Sequence record: SRR20825019_2015
DNA: 56,946 bases
Direction: 5' to 3' (one strand)
Shown: one piece after another, positions 26,831 to 37,133 of the stretch
How positions within the stretch are numbered: the stretch's first letter is position 1
Layout: each line of letters begins with the position of its first letter
The notes under the pieces: model-generated
What the model was told of the DNA's origin: nothing
Seen by the model: only the letters and a program-made list of their open reading frames with translations
Database searches by the model: none
Position numbers and translations under genes: made by a program

Positions 26831-28096
26831 TTAAACTGCAATTTTTTCTTCCATCGCACTAAAGGAAACTTCCATTGCCTTTAAATTTCTGGCAACAATA
26901 TCCATGTCCATACCAACTTTCTCATTGAGTATTTTGGCATAGATCTGAGTGGTGGTAATGTTCGTATGCCCCATCATTTTTTGTACACTTTCAAGTGAGG
27001 CACCAGCCGTAAGCACCATTGTAGCAAACGTATGGCGTGCCGTGTGGAAGGTTACCTTTTGCTCGGTAGTAATCTCTGCAATTGCCATAATCCTGGCGAT
27101 ATGATTGTTGCAGGTTGCATTGGATGGAACCGGAAAAACAAATTCGTTCCTTGTTGTACCGAAATACTTCTCAATGATTTTCTTGGGTATTTCCAATAAA
27201 CGGACGTTGGACGAAACATCGGTTTTCTTTCTCCGGCTGATAACCCACTGATGGCCGTCAAAGAAATTCTGAATATTGTTCCGCTTCAGTTTTTTGATGT
27301 CCGCATAGGACAAGCCCGTAAAACAACTGAAAACAAAGAGATCTCGGACAAGTTCGTGCCTTTTCTTCGGAAGTTGGCAAAGCATAATTTTCTCAACATC
27401 TTCTTTCAATAGGAAACCCCTGTCAGCCTCCTTCATGGTGATTTCGTAATCCTCGAAAGGATTATTGCGGATCATGCCTTTTTTGATGGCCAGCTCCACC
27501 ATACGTAAAACGGGCATGGTGTAAACCCAAACCGTGTTATGGGTACATTCCTTGTCCACACGCAGGTAGAAATCAAATTCACGGATAAAATCGGAAGTAA
27601 GCTCTTTGAAAGCCATGTCTTCCCTTAAATATCGTAGCTTGATAAACTCTGCAAGGTGGTTGTACACGATTTTATATTTATCATAGGTGCTTTGGGAACG
27701 CTCCTTTTTGGCTACCATTTTTGCAAAATCGTCATTGTGTGCCTGGAATACCTTTAGAATGGCATCTTCCATAATACCCACACCCAAAAAAGCAAGTTTC
27801 AATTTTTGCGGGGTGACAAAACCATCGTATTTGAGCAATTCCTCATAATACCTGTCGATCCGTAACCGGATATTGTCCAATTTTGTATTGGTGCTTAATG
27901 CCTTTTTGCTTTTCCCGGCGACCCTTCCATGTCTCAAATCCCAATTATTGGGGTCAATTTCCAGCTTTGTACTGAATGATGCAGCTTTTCCGTCAATAGT
28001 GATACGCCCCATAATGGCAACTGTGCCATTCTTCTTCGGCTCGTTTTTCTTTAAGTAGAAAAGGAGCTTAAACGTTGACCTTTTCGTCTGTTCCAT
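26831..28096 (-). CDS. int: Tyrosine integrase, IntDOT-type
   Basis: Arm-binding N-terminus (STFKLLFYLK…IMGRITIDG), FTGLSYAD, HTARHTF, MGHTNITTTQIY. Confidence 0.95.
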   Translation of the reverse strand: MEQTKRSTFKLLFYLKKNEPKKNGTVAIMGRITIDGKAASFSTKLEIDPNNWDLRHGRVAGKSKKALSTNTKLDNIRLRIDRYYEELLKYDGFVTPQKLKLAFLGVGIMEDAILKVFQAHNDDFAKMVAKKERSQSTYDKYKIVYNHLAEFIKLRYLREDMAFKELTSDFIREFDFYLRVDKECTHNTVWVYTMPVLRMVELAIKKGMIRNNPFEDYEITMKEADRGFLLKEDVEKIMLCQLPKKRHELVRDLFVFSCFTGLSYADIKKLKRNNIQNFFDGHQWVISRRKKTDVSSNVRLLEIPKKIIEKYFGTTRNEFVFPVPSNATCNNHIARIMAIAEITTEQKVTFHTARHTFATMVLTAGASLESVQKMMGHTNITTTQIYAKILNEKVGMDMDIVARNLKAMEVSFSAMEEKIAV

Positions 28097-28203
28097 AACT
28101 CAATCTTTTAATGTTTAAAATTAACTTTCAATGAGTTACAGGGAAAGATGAAAAGGAATGCAAAAGACTGAAATATAAGTAATTATGCTTCATGCGATAG
28201 ATT

Positions 28204-28350
28204 GGTTACCAGTAACGATTTAGTAACCCAACCTTGTCATTTTAAGCCTAAAACCTAAAGTACAGTGACCTCCAATTTCAGCCCCACATTTTATAAACCA
28301 CTGTATATGAACGGACTTCGCCGTTTTGCTTACCTTTGCTTTTTTCTAAT
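28204..28350. other. Probable ICE attachment end (arm-type repeats and core-like site)
   Basis: GGTTACCAGTAACGATTTAGTAACC repeats of GTAAC/GTTAC upstream of int; TTACCTTTGC at 28330-28339; gene content switches to host-like beyond it. Confidence 0.55.
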
Positions 28351-28536
28351 ATTTTTTATAAAAAAAATGAAGAACGCATCGCATCCCTATCGATTTTCAT
28401 ATTCAGACACATAATCATCCATATCTATTTATGAACCAATTGAATGCGAAAATTAAATTGTTGGATGTAGAAAGGTAGTCTAACTTAAGCTGTACAAATA
28501 CAAGTTGCGCTTACATAATATTTTCAATGAGGCAAT

Positions 28537-29217
28537 CTACGCTCTCTTTTGCTTTCTTTCAATGAGGGAAATAAAGTCATCTTTGATGCCATCACAAATG
28601 GCTACGGAGTTGTAAGTACAGTTTTTCATGTTTACAGGATCAAAACTGTACATTTTTATCTTAGAAGGCTTAAATTCCTTGCACTGCAAATGAGTAAACA
28701 TGCTAAGTGCTGCTTTGGAAGTGGAATAAGCGGTAAGACTATATCCAGAATAACAAAAACTTTCATCCTTCATCTTATTGATGTCACCCAACGAGCTTGT
28801 GATGTTAATGATTCTAGGTTCGTCACTCTGATTCAATAAAGGCTTAAGTGTTTGTATGGTTCGAATGATAGAGAAAAAATTAATCTCATAGACCTCCTTT
28901 ATATCCTCGATATTGATCTGATCTATCTTGTGGCCAAAACCATTGACAATTTCAGCATTGTTGATCAGCAGATCTAATTTGCCGTATGATTCCCTAATGG
29001 TATGTTCAAGCACACGTAAACTCTCTTCCGAACTAAAATCGATTTTCAAAAGCTGATATCCGTGTAAATCCTCCCCGTCCTTGGAGAGTAATTCAAAGCT
29101 TTTCCCGCATGCCGCAAGCACAACCTCATACCCATTCTCCAATAAAATCTTGGCAAACTTGTGGCCCAGTCCGTTACCTGCTTCCGTTACAACGGCAACA
29201 TATTTATCATTCTTCAT
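28537..29217 (-). CDS. Atypical short-chain dehydrogenase/reductase
   Basis: VAVVTEAGNGLG, LDLLINNAE, IINITS, YSTSK. Confidence 0.85.
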   Translation of the reverse strand: MKNDKYVAVVTEAGNGLGHKFAKILLENGYEVVLAACGKSFELLSKDGEDLHGYQLLKIDFSSEESLRVLEHTIRESYGKLDLLINNAEIVNGFGHKIDQINIEDIKEVYEINFFSIIRTIQTLKPLLNQSDEPRIINITSSLGDINKMKDESFCYSGYSLTAYSTSKAALSMFTHLQCKEFKPSKIKMYSFDPVNMKNCTYNSVAICDGIKDDFISLIERKQKRA

Positions 29218-29316
29218 TACTCATTTATTTCATGTTACAAATTTAGCATATGGTTTTTCATTCTTAATAGTATTTCTTTTCTCAATTTATTGTTGGTCAA
29301 ATCGGTATAAAACTAT

Positions 29317-30204
29317 TTACATTCTCCTAAATTGATTTGGCGTTACTCCGCTCAAATTTTTAAAGAACCTAGTAAAATGTGTCGGTTCTTGAAAATTTAG
29401 GCGATAGGCTATCTCAGCAATATCCAACCCTGAATATTTCAACAGGCTTTTACTTTCCATCAAAAGCCGTTCCTGAATAATGTCCTTGGCACTCTTGCCT
29501 GTCAATTTCTTAATGGTCGTGGTCAGGTAATTCGGTGTTATGTTCAATTCTTAGGCATAGTCGCTCACGTTTTTGGTATCCACATACATTTTGTCCACCA
29601 ACGCTTCAAACTGATTTGCAATGATCTGTGACCTGCTCAGGTGATTTTCCGTTGTTTTATGGCGCTCATGGATTGCCTTACAGAAATACAGTAAGGAACC
29701 GAGCATTCCCTCCAACATTTTCTCTTGATACGGATGCGGGTTTTTAAATACCGAATGCATCCGTTCCATATCAAAATACAACGACTCATGTTCTTCTTTG
29801 GTGAGCATCAGCACATTGTTTTCGGACATTTTCAAAAAAGGAAAATCTTTCTGCAAATCCGGAAAAGTATTGATCAAAAACTCTTTTCTGAACATCACAT
29901 AATATCCTGACATCTTTTCGTCCCTAAACCAAGAGAACACCTGTCCCGGAACCACAAACCATAAAGGAAACTCATTCAATTCCAAGGTATCGGTATTGAG
30001 ATTGAGTTGACTTTTTCCTGTATAGTTCAACAACCCTATCTGATAAAATCCCTGACGATAGGGCGGCATACACCTTCTCGATGAAGCTTCCATATCTTCT
30101 ACTGGAAACACATCAAAATTAGGCATATGGCTCCTATGGGCAAAACCAATGGCCTCATGTAAATCGTTCGTATTTTCAAAAACAGGTATATCGGCCTTGT
30201 TCAT
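29317..30204 (-). pseudogene. AraC-family regulator interrupted by in-frame TAA
   Basis: …KNVSDYA*ELNITPNYL…IAEIAYRLNFQEPTHFTRFFK…GVTPNQFR; both ORF-track pieces share one frame; stop at 29551-29553. Confidence 0.88.
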
Positions 30205-30269
30205 ATATCTTGTAGTGGATCGGTGCTATTTTTTGTCCAAAATATCCGATTCACCTTACAACCTAAGTT

Positions 30270-31739
30270 TTAATTGGCATCGGCACTGGCCAGATGCAGG
30301 TTTTCATATTTAGTATCCAATTCTTCTTCTGAAATGATTTCCCAACCGCCGCCCAAGGCCTTGTAAATGGCTATTAGGGAGGTTGCCGACGAAATCTCGC
30401 TTAAAGCTAACGCATTCTCGGCCTGCAACAAAGCGTTGTCAGCATTTAGGTAATCAATAAAACTGTCCAATCCAGAGTTAAAGCGCTGCCTGGCAAAGGT
30501 TGCTGCCTGAGCACTTGCCTCGGATGAAATACGCAGGATCTCCCTTCGTTCCAGCTCTTTGGTATAGTTTGCCAAGGAGGTCTTGATATCTTCCAGTCCC
30601 TGCAGTACCGCTTTTTCATATTGATTGAGGGCGGCAATGGCCTGTGCATCGTTTCGCTTGATCTGTTGTTTTACACGACCCAGATTAAAAGCGGCCCAAC
30701 TGATACTGGGCATCAAGGTCCAAGTAAAAGATGGTTTTTCACCGAAATTCGCAAAATCGACTGCCGAGAATCCAACGGATCCTCCAAACTCGATCTTTGG
30801 ATAGAGGTCGGCCACAGAGATATTATAGGCAGCAATGCGCGCCTGAAGTGTAGCCTCCGCCCTACGGACATCGGGCCTTCTTCTGAGCATTTCCCTGACA
30901 TCGCCCAGAGCTACTGTTGGAGGTAGGCTTGGCAATGGCTTTTTGTCAACCACTTCATTTCCCAAATTTCCGGGAACCTCTCCAATAAGTACGCTCAAAC
31001 TGTTCTTCAATGCCTCTATCCTGGCCTCCAAAGGTGGAATACTGGCACGGGTACTTTCCAATTGGGCCAATGCCCGGGATACATCAAGGCTGTTACTGGT
31101 ACCCGCTTCCGTTAATTTGACCGTGAGCTCATAAGTTTCCTGTTGCCCCTGTAAGTTACGTTGGGCGATATCGAGCAAATATTGTGTACCGCGAAGCTCC
31201 ATGTAATTATTGGCCACTTCGGCAAATATGCTTACGTACATTCCGTGCATATCAGCCAAGGCAAGATTACTATTGGCATACGCCCCTTTGATTCTATTGG
31301 TTACCCTACCGAAAAGGTCAGCTTCCCAAAAAGCGTCAAAACTTGCATTATACGTATTAAAGGTAGGGTTGCTGCCCTGAACAAATACATTCTCTCCCAA
31401 ACGGGTACGGGTATAATTGCCATTGGCGGTCACCGTTGGCAATCGGTCCCATTTATTTTCTTTGAGAAAAGCCCGTGATGCCTTGTAATTGGCCACTGCC
31501 GAATTAATATCCAAATTGTGTCTTCTGGCCTTTTCAATGAGCGTATCAAGAATGGGATCATTAAATTCTGACCACCATTCTTTTGTTATCGCTGCTTCGG
31601 TATACGCTTTCTCACTAATTTCCTTTGCTAGAAAATCCTGCTTCACACCAGCATCATTTTGAACATTGTAATCTCTTTTTGTGATTCCACAAGAAGCCAA
31701 CAGGAATGCTATTATGGTTACTATTATTGAATTTTTCAT
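30270..31739 (-). CDS. Outer-membrane efflux lipoprotein (NodT/TolC family)
   Basis: Lipobox LLASC, WWSEFNDPIL, WEADLFG, RRPDVRRAE, LIAIYKALGGGW. Confidence 0.93.
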   Translation of the reverse strand: MKNSIIVTIIAFLLASCGITKRDYNVQNDAGVKQDFLAKEISEKAYTEAAITKEWWSEFNDPILDTLIEKARRHNLDINSAVANYKASRAFLKENKWDRLPTVTANGNYTRTRLGENVFVQGSNPTFNTYNASFDAFWEADLFGRVTNRIKGAYANSNLALADMHGMYVSIFAEVANNYMELRGTQYLLDIAQRNLQGQQETYELTVKLTEAGTSNSLDVSRALAQLESTRASIPPLEARIEALKNSLSVLIGEVPGNLGNEVVDKKPLPSLPPTVALGDVREMLRRRPDVRRAEATLQARIAAYNISVADLYPKIEFGGSVGFSAVDFANFGEKPSFTWTLMPSISWAAFNLGRVKQQIKRNDAQAIAALNQYEKAVLQGLEDIKTSLANYTKELERREILRISSEASAQAATFARQRFNSGLDSFIDYLNADNALLQAENALALSEISSATSLIAIYKALGGGWEIISEEELDTKYENLHLASADAN

Positions 31740-31751
31740 TGTTGCTTGATT

Positions 31752-34700
31752 TTAATTTAATTGATGAACCAGCTCCTTATTTTCCCTTACAGCCCTTTTT
31801 AATGACCATTTTCTGCCCAAATAATAGAATACAGGGGTCAAGAAAATTCCGAAAACGGTCACGCCGAGCATTCCACTGAATACGGCGATACCCAAGGACA
31901 CGCGTAATTCCGAACCTGCTCCTGTAGCAATGGCCAATGGAACAACACCCAGGATGAAGGCCATCGCCGTCATTAGTATAGGTCTCAATCGCAGTTTTGA
32001 TGCTTCAATTACCGCGGTTTTCAGTTCTTCCCCTTGGTCCTCCAATTGTTTGGCGAACTCCACGATCAAAATGGCGTTCTTACTCGCCAGTCCCACAAGC
32101 ACTACCAGTCCAATCTGTACCATGATGTTATTGTCCAATCCGGCCAAATCGACCCCGATCATTGCGGATAACAATACCATAGGCACAATAAAGATTACTG
32201 CCAATGGCAATACCAAGCTCTCGAACTGAGCGGCCAACAAAAGGAATACAAACACGACCGCTAATAAAAATGCTATACCTGCGGTATTGCCCGCTTTTCT
32301 TTCTTGATAGGCAATTTCCGTCCATTGATAGGATAAGCCTTGTGGCAGTATTTCCGCAGCCAATTCTTCCATCCGGTCCAACCCTTCACCTGAACTATAT
32401 CCCGGCGTAAAATCCCCGTTGAGCGAAGCGGATGGATATAGGTTGAACCTAGGGATTCGTGAAGGCCCGGAAATATCCTCTTGCTGTGAGACCGTACCCA
32501 ACGGTACCATCTCTCCTTTATCATTGCGCACCTTGATCCTTGAAATATCATCGGGCGTCAATCGGTTTGGAGCATCGGCCTGGGCGGTCACCTGAAAAGT
32601 CCTTCCCAAGTAATTGAACTCATTTACAAAGGCGGAACCCATGTAAATCTCCAAGGATTGGAAGATATCCCCCACATCGATTCCCAATTTTTCGGCCTTT
32701 ACGCGGTCGATATCCAAGAATAATTGCGGGGTCTGGTTGTTGAAAAAGCTGAACACGTTGTTCAATATAGGGTCCTGATTGGCCGCCATGGCCAGCTCAT
32801 TGGTAGCCTTGAGGAGTTCTTCCGTTCCCAGGTTCCCTCTATCCTGGACCATCATCCTGAACCCACCTGCATTACCGATACCCCTTACCGATGGTGGCGG
32901 GATAACCAATACAATGGCATCATCAATTTGGCTAAACTTTGCTCTTACAGTTCCCAACAAATCTTCATATGCCAGGCCTTTTTCATTTCTAATGTCAAAA
33001 TCCTCCAAGGTCAAGAACACGGCTGCTGCATTGGATGCATTGGTAAACGATGCTGCATCAAATCCTGTGAAAGAAACGGCATTTTCCACACCATCAATAT
33101 CCAAGCCCAAGTCAAGTACCTCACGTACAACCTTATCGGTTCTGGTCAGCGAGGAACCCGGGGGAAGTTGGACAATGGTAATGAAATACTGCTGGTCCAT
33201 GGCCGGGATAAATCCTTGGGGCACCCTATTGAACTCAAATCCTGTAATGGCAATCAGTCCAAAATAGACTGCCATGACCATGGTGGCGGTACGTACCAAT
33301 TTTTGCACCGCCTTACCATAGCGTTCGGAAACCCAATCCATAAAACCGTTGAAACGGTTTCCGATAAAGGCCAATGGTCTCAGCCATATCGCCGTCTTCT
33401 TTGTTGAAGATCTATCCTCGTGCTTCATGAGCAATGCGGCCATGGCCGGGCTCAAAGTAAGGGATACAAAAACTGATATGGCAGTGGCCACGGCAATCGT
33501 CATCCCGAACTGCTTATAAAATTGTCCGGAAATACCTTCTAAAAATGCAGTTGGAATGAACACGGCTATCAAAACCAACCCAATGGCGACCAAGGCTCCG
33601 CCAACCTCATCCATCGTCTTAAAAGCCGCCTCTTTTGGAGAAAGCCCCTTTGCCAAATAGCGTTCCATATTTTCGACCACTACAATGGCATCGTCCACCA
33701 CAATTCCGATGGCAAGAACCAATCCAAACAAGGTAAGGTTGTTCAGCGAGAACCCAATCGCCTGCATAACGGCAAAGGTACCGATGAGCGAAACGGGTAT
33801 GGCAAGAATCGGAATGATGGCTGCCCTCCAGGATTGGAGGAACAAGAGAATTACCAAGACCACTAGAATTACTGCTTCAAAAATGGTACGGTACACCTCA
33901 TCGACCGACTTTTGGATAAATTCTGTGGGATTGTACGCTATTTTATATTCAAGATCGTTCGGGAAACTTTTGGACAGTTCCTCCATTTTGTCCTGAATCT
34001 GAGAAGCAGTTTCCAAGGCATTCCCGCCCGGTTGTTGAAAAATAGGCATGGCTATGGCTGGGTCCTTACCTAAATACCCCTTTGTGGCGTAGTTTTGCGC
34101 ACCAAGTTCTACACGGCCAACATCTTTAAGGCGAACAATTCTCCCATCCCCACTTGATTTGATAATCACATTTTCAAACTGTTCCGTGGTCACCAGTTTT
34201 CCTTGGGTCTGTATATTCACCTCAAAGGCCGATTGACTTCCGGAAGGGAGGGCGTTCAACGTACCACTGGCAATCTGTACGTTCTGAGCCCTTAGGGCTG
34301 CGACCACTTCTCCAGCAGTAATGTCCAATGTTGCTATTTTATCGGGATTGAGCCAAATGCGCATGGCATATTCGGCCGCTCCAAAAATCTGTATATCCCC
34401 AACCCCTTTGATACGGGCTAGTTCATCTTTGAGTTGGAGCACGGCATAGTTCCCCATATAGGTCTGATCGTAGGTCTTTTTCGGAGAATACATGTTCACT
34501 ACAAGAAGCATATCCGGTGATATCTTTTTGGTGGTGATTCCCAACCTTTTTACCGATTCGGGCAGTCGTGGTTCCGCTATGGCCACCCGGTTTTGCACCT
34601 GTACCTGCGCCTTGTCGAGGTCTGTCCCCAATTCAAAGGCTACCTGTAGTACCACACGACCATCAGCTGATGATTGTGAGGTCATGTAGATCATATCCTC

Positions 34701-34922
34701 AACTCCATTGATCTCTTTCTCCAAAGGTGCGGCTACGCTCTCGGAAAGGGTCTGTGCGTTTGCGCCGGGATAAATTGCCACGACCTCAATGGTTGGGGGC
34801 GCCACATCCGGGAATTGTGAAATGGGCAAAGAGACGTAGGCAAGCCCTCCCACAATCAGGATCAGTACGCTGAGTACTGCGGCGAATATGGGCCTTTTAA
34901 TAAATATATGACTGAATTTCAT
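31752..34922 (-). CDS. RND efflux permease (HAE1/AcrB-like)
   Basis: FIKRPIFAAVLS, AIGIVVDDAIVVVEN, KNAILIVEFA, RLRPILMT; start set at ATG 34922. Confidence 0.96.
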   Translation of the reverse strand: MKFSHIFIKRPIFAAVLSVLILIVGGLAYVSLPISQFPDVAPPTIEVVAIYPGANAQTLSESVAAPLEKEINGVEDMIYMTSQSSADGRVVLQVAFELGTDLDKAQVQVQNRVAIAEPRLPESVKRLGITTKKISPDMLLVVNMYSPKKTYDQTYMGNYAVLQLKDELARIKGVGDIQIFGAAEYAMRIWLNPDKIATLDITAGEVVAALRAQNVQIASGTLNALPSGSQSAFEVNIQTQGKLVTTEQFENVIIKSSGDGRIVRLKDVGRVELGAQNYATKGYLGKDPAIAMPIFQQPGGNALETASQIQDKMEELSKSFPNDLEYKIAYNPTEFIQKSVDEVYRTIFEAVILVVLVILLFLQSWRAAIIPILAIPVSLIGTFAVMQAIGFSLNNLTLFGLVLAIGIVVDDAIVVVENMERYLAKGLSPKEAAFKTMDEVGGALVAIGLVLIAVFIPTAFLEGISGQFYKQFGMTIAVATAISVFVSLTLSPAMAALLMKHEDRSSTKKTAIWLRPLAFIGNRFNGFMDWVSERYGKAVQKLVRTATMVMAVYFGLIAITGFEFNRVPQGFIPAMDQQYFITIVQLPPGSSLTRTDKVVREVLDLGLDIDGVENAVSFTGFDAASFTNASNAAAVFLTLEDFDIRNEKGLAYEDLLGTVRAKFSQIDDAIVLVIPPPSVRGIGNAGGFRMMVQDRGNLGTEELLKATNELAMAANQDPILNNVFSFFNNQTPQLFLDIDRVKAEKLGIDVGDIFQSLEIYMGSAFVNEFNYLGRTFQVTAQADAPNRLTPDDISRIKVRNDKGEMVPLGTVSQQEDISGPSRIPRFNLYPSASLNGDFTPGYSSGEGLDRMEELAAEILPQGLSYQWTEIAYQERKAGNTAGIAFLLAVVFVFLLLAAQFESLVLPLAVIFIVPMVLLSAMIGVDLAGLDNNIMVQIGLVVLVGLASKNAILIVEFAKQLEDQGEELKTAVIEASKLRLRPILMTAMAFILGVVPLAIATGAGSELRVSLGIAVFSGMLGVTVFGIFLTPVFYYLGRKWSLKRAVRENKELVHQLN

Positions 34923-35049
34923 TGTTTTTACTTTTTGATGATAGTTCTCCCTGCACCCTTCCAAACACCTTTTTCAAATAGGGTTTGGAGGGCAAAAGAA
35001 GTATGCTTTTTTATTGGTTTTTATTTTGCGGTTGGCAGCTCTTCCAATA

Positions 35050-36264
35050 TCAATCTGCTTGGGCCACAGCTGTAAGGTTGTTGACCTCTCCTTGAATGGC
35101 CACTTGAGACGGACTTACCACCATGCCCGGCCTTATCTTTTGTAGATTATTGACAATGACCTTGTCGTCCGGTGATATGCCACCCCTTACAATTCTAAGT
35201 CCATTGGAATGCAAAGGGCCCAATGTTACTGCCTTGCTGACTACTTGGTTGTCATCTGACAGGGTGTAGATATACCGAATGGATTGATTGGTGCCTATAA
35301 TCTCATCGGGGACCATCATTGCTTTGTGTTCCGCACTTCCCAATAACCGGGCCTTACCGTACATTCCAGGTTCAAGTAAGTGGTCTTTGTTCTCAAGAAC
35401 CGCCCTGCTTTCAATAGTTCCTGAATTATTATCTATTTCATTGTCAACAAAGTCCATTACGGCCTCGTGTACAAATTGATCTTCATCCAGAAGTTTGATA
35501 AAAACGGGCAATGCTTCGGACCGTGCCTCGCCACGTTCCCCATTTCTTGCCAATCGTACATATTTTAGGTAATCCGATTCACTTCCGGTAAAATAGAAAT
35601 GTATGGGGCTAGTTGCAACGATAGTGGTCAACACTGTGGAATTAGCACTGCCTCCATCAATGATATTGCCCTCATTGACCCTGTCCCGGCTGACCAGTCC
35701 AGAAATAGGTGCCTTTACTTCCGTGAATTCCAAATTGAGTTTGGCATTGTCGACCTTTGCCTGTGCCAATTGGATACTGGCCTCTGCATGTACAAGGGCC
35801 TGTTTTCTTCTATCGTATTCTTCAATGGACAACGCTCCCGTTTCCCTTAAAGATTCCACTCTATCGAAATTGTCCTGTGCGGTTTTCAGGGAAGCCAAAG
35901 CTTGGGCATAATTGGCCTTGGCCTCATCCAAAGCAATTCTGTAAGGTCGTTGGTCGATGACAAAAAGTGTCTGTCCTTTTTTAACAAGTTCACCGTCCTG
36001 GAAGTTGACTTTTTCCAAAAAGCCGCTCACACGGGCACGTACCTCTACCTTGCTACTGGCTTCAAACCTACCGGTGTATTCGTCCCATTCTGTAATGTTC
36101 TCAAATATGGGCTTAGCTACTTCTACTGGAAGTGCCGCCATCCCCGATTCTTGTTTTTCAGTTTCATTTTCAGCACTTGTGAAAGCATAAATGAATACTG
36201 ATATCGCCAAAACCATAACACCTATGGTCAGGTTTTTTTTTGTGTTTAAATTTAGTCGTATCAT
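35050..36264 (-). CDS. RND membrane-fusion (periplasmic adaptor) protein
   Basis: VEVRARVSGFL…VKKGQTLFVID…LEFTEVKAPISG. Confidence 0.94.
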   Translation of the reverse strand: MIRLNLNTKKNLTIGVMVLAISVFIYAFTSAENETEKQESGMAALPVEVAKPIFENITEWDEYTGRFEASSKVEVRARVSGFLEKVNFQDGELVKKGQTLFVIDQRPYRIALDEAKANYAQALASLKTAQDNFDRVESLRETGALSIEEYDRRKQALVHAEASIQLAQAKVDNAKLNLEFTEVKAPISGLVSRDRVNEGNIIDGGSANSTVLTTIVATSPIHFYFTGSESDYLKYVRLARNGERGEARSEALPVFIKLLDEDQFVHEAVMDFVDNEIDNNSGTIESRAVLENKDHLLEPGMYGKARLLGSAEHKAMMVPDEIIGTNQSIRYIYTLSDDNQVVSKAVTLGPLHSNGLRIVRGGISPDDKVIVNNLQKIRPGMVVSPSQVAIQGEVNNLTAVAQAD

Positions 36265-36294
36265 GATTTCTACTTTGATTTTAGATTAGGTGAA

Positions 36295-36357
36295 CAAAAT
36301 TATAGGAGGGGTTGCCATTCTTGATAACCATATTATTTTCAAAAATGACCAAAATCT
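36295..36357 (-). promoter_or_regulatory. Promoter with tandem activator sites, copy 1 (efflux operon)
   Basis: Minus strand TGGTCA and TGGTTA 21 bp apart, then TAATTTTG (-7). Confidence 0.65.
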
Positions 36358-36828
36358 TAACTACGGACCATGGTTGGTATTATTTGGTCTGTAGCTGCGA
36401 ATACCGCCAATATATCCAAGTACCCGTTCAGGGTCTTTGAACGCATGGCATCATACATTCCGGAAAGGGTTTTTCTGTCCAGATTATTGATAAAGTACAG
36501 TTGCTTTTCCAAAAAAATAGGTCTTGAACTGTATGCTGTTGTCCGAGTTTCTTGCTGCACGTTTAAAGTGCCTTAACAACTTAATCTTGCTCAGGGTTGT
36601 GTCCCTGAAGTAAAATACGGAATTATCAGATCTGGAGTCCTTAAGTTCCTTTCGGTAGTTAAATTCCTCATCAAGTGCAATATCGTTTGATAGTTGCTTG
36701 AAGAGTTGCAAGGAATTTTCCACCATTTGATTGGTTTCAACACCTGTGTCGGTTGTTTGTGCTTGGGCGCTTATCCCTATCATAACAAAGGATAGCATCA
36801 CTTTGTTTATAAAATTGATTGTTTTCAT
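36357..36828 (-). pseudogene. Secreted hypothetical protein, apparently frameshifted at an A7 run
   Basis: Signal peptide (…ISAQAQ); removing one base at 36511-36517 joins it to …YFLEKQLYFINNLDRK…PTMVRS*. Confidence 0.55.
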
Positions 36829-36862
36829 GGCTTCTAGATTTGATTCCATCAGTATTACGTGA

Positions 36863-36925
36863 CAAAATTAGCTGGTCAATCAGCGGTCGTGGTAACCAAA
36901 AAAAGGAAGGAAATGACCAAAATCT
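36863..36925 (-). promoter_or_regulatory. Promoter with tandem activator sites, copy 2
   Basis: Same elements and spacing as 36295-36357, including AAATGACCAAAATCT (15/15). Confidence 0.65.
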
Positions 36926-37065
36926 AATCTATATGAAGGTAATGATCAACAACATCCTACCCAGTATATAGCCATAGGGAATCGGGGCGCTCAAAAGCAG
37001 CAATTTGTATAACAGTGCAAACAATCGCTCAATTAGAGAGAACCCTTTATGCACATTCTACAAAC

Positions 37066-37091
37066 AAAAACACGGACATTAATGTCCGTGT
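37066..37091 (-). terminator. Terminator at end of PUL
   Basis: 22-bp perfect palindrome ACACGGACATTAATGTCCGTGT followed by a T-run on the minus strand. Confidence 0.75.
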
Positions 37092-37133
37092 CTTATTAAC
37101 TAAACTACTAAATCAAATTAATTGAACTAAATT

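Larger units (their letters stand above)
1..28350. mobile_element. CTnDOT-like Bacteroidota ICE (right part; left end, mob genes and oriT lie outside the window)
   Basis: traD to traQ conjugation genes, xis-like HTH pair, ssb/DUF932/PRTRC cluster and a terminal IntDOT-type integrase followed by att-like motifs. Right boundary is approximate. Confidence 0.93.
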
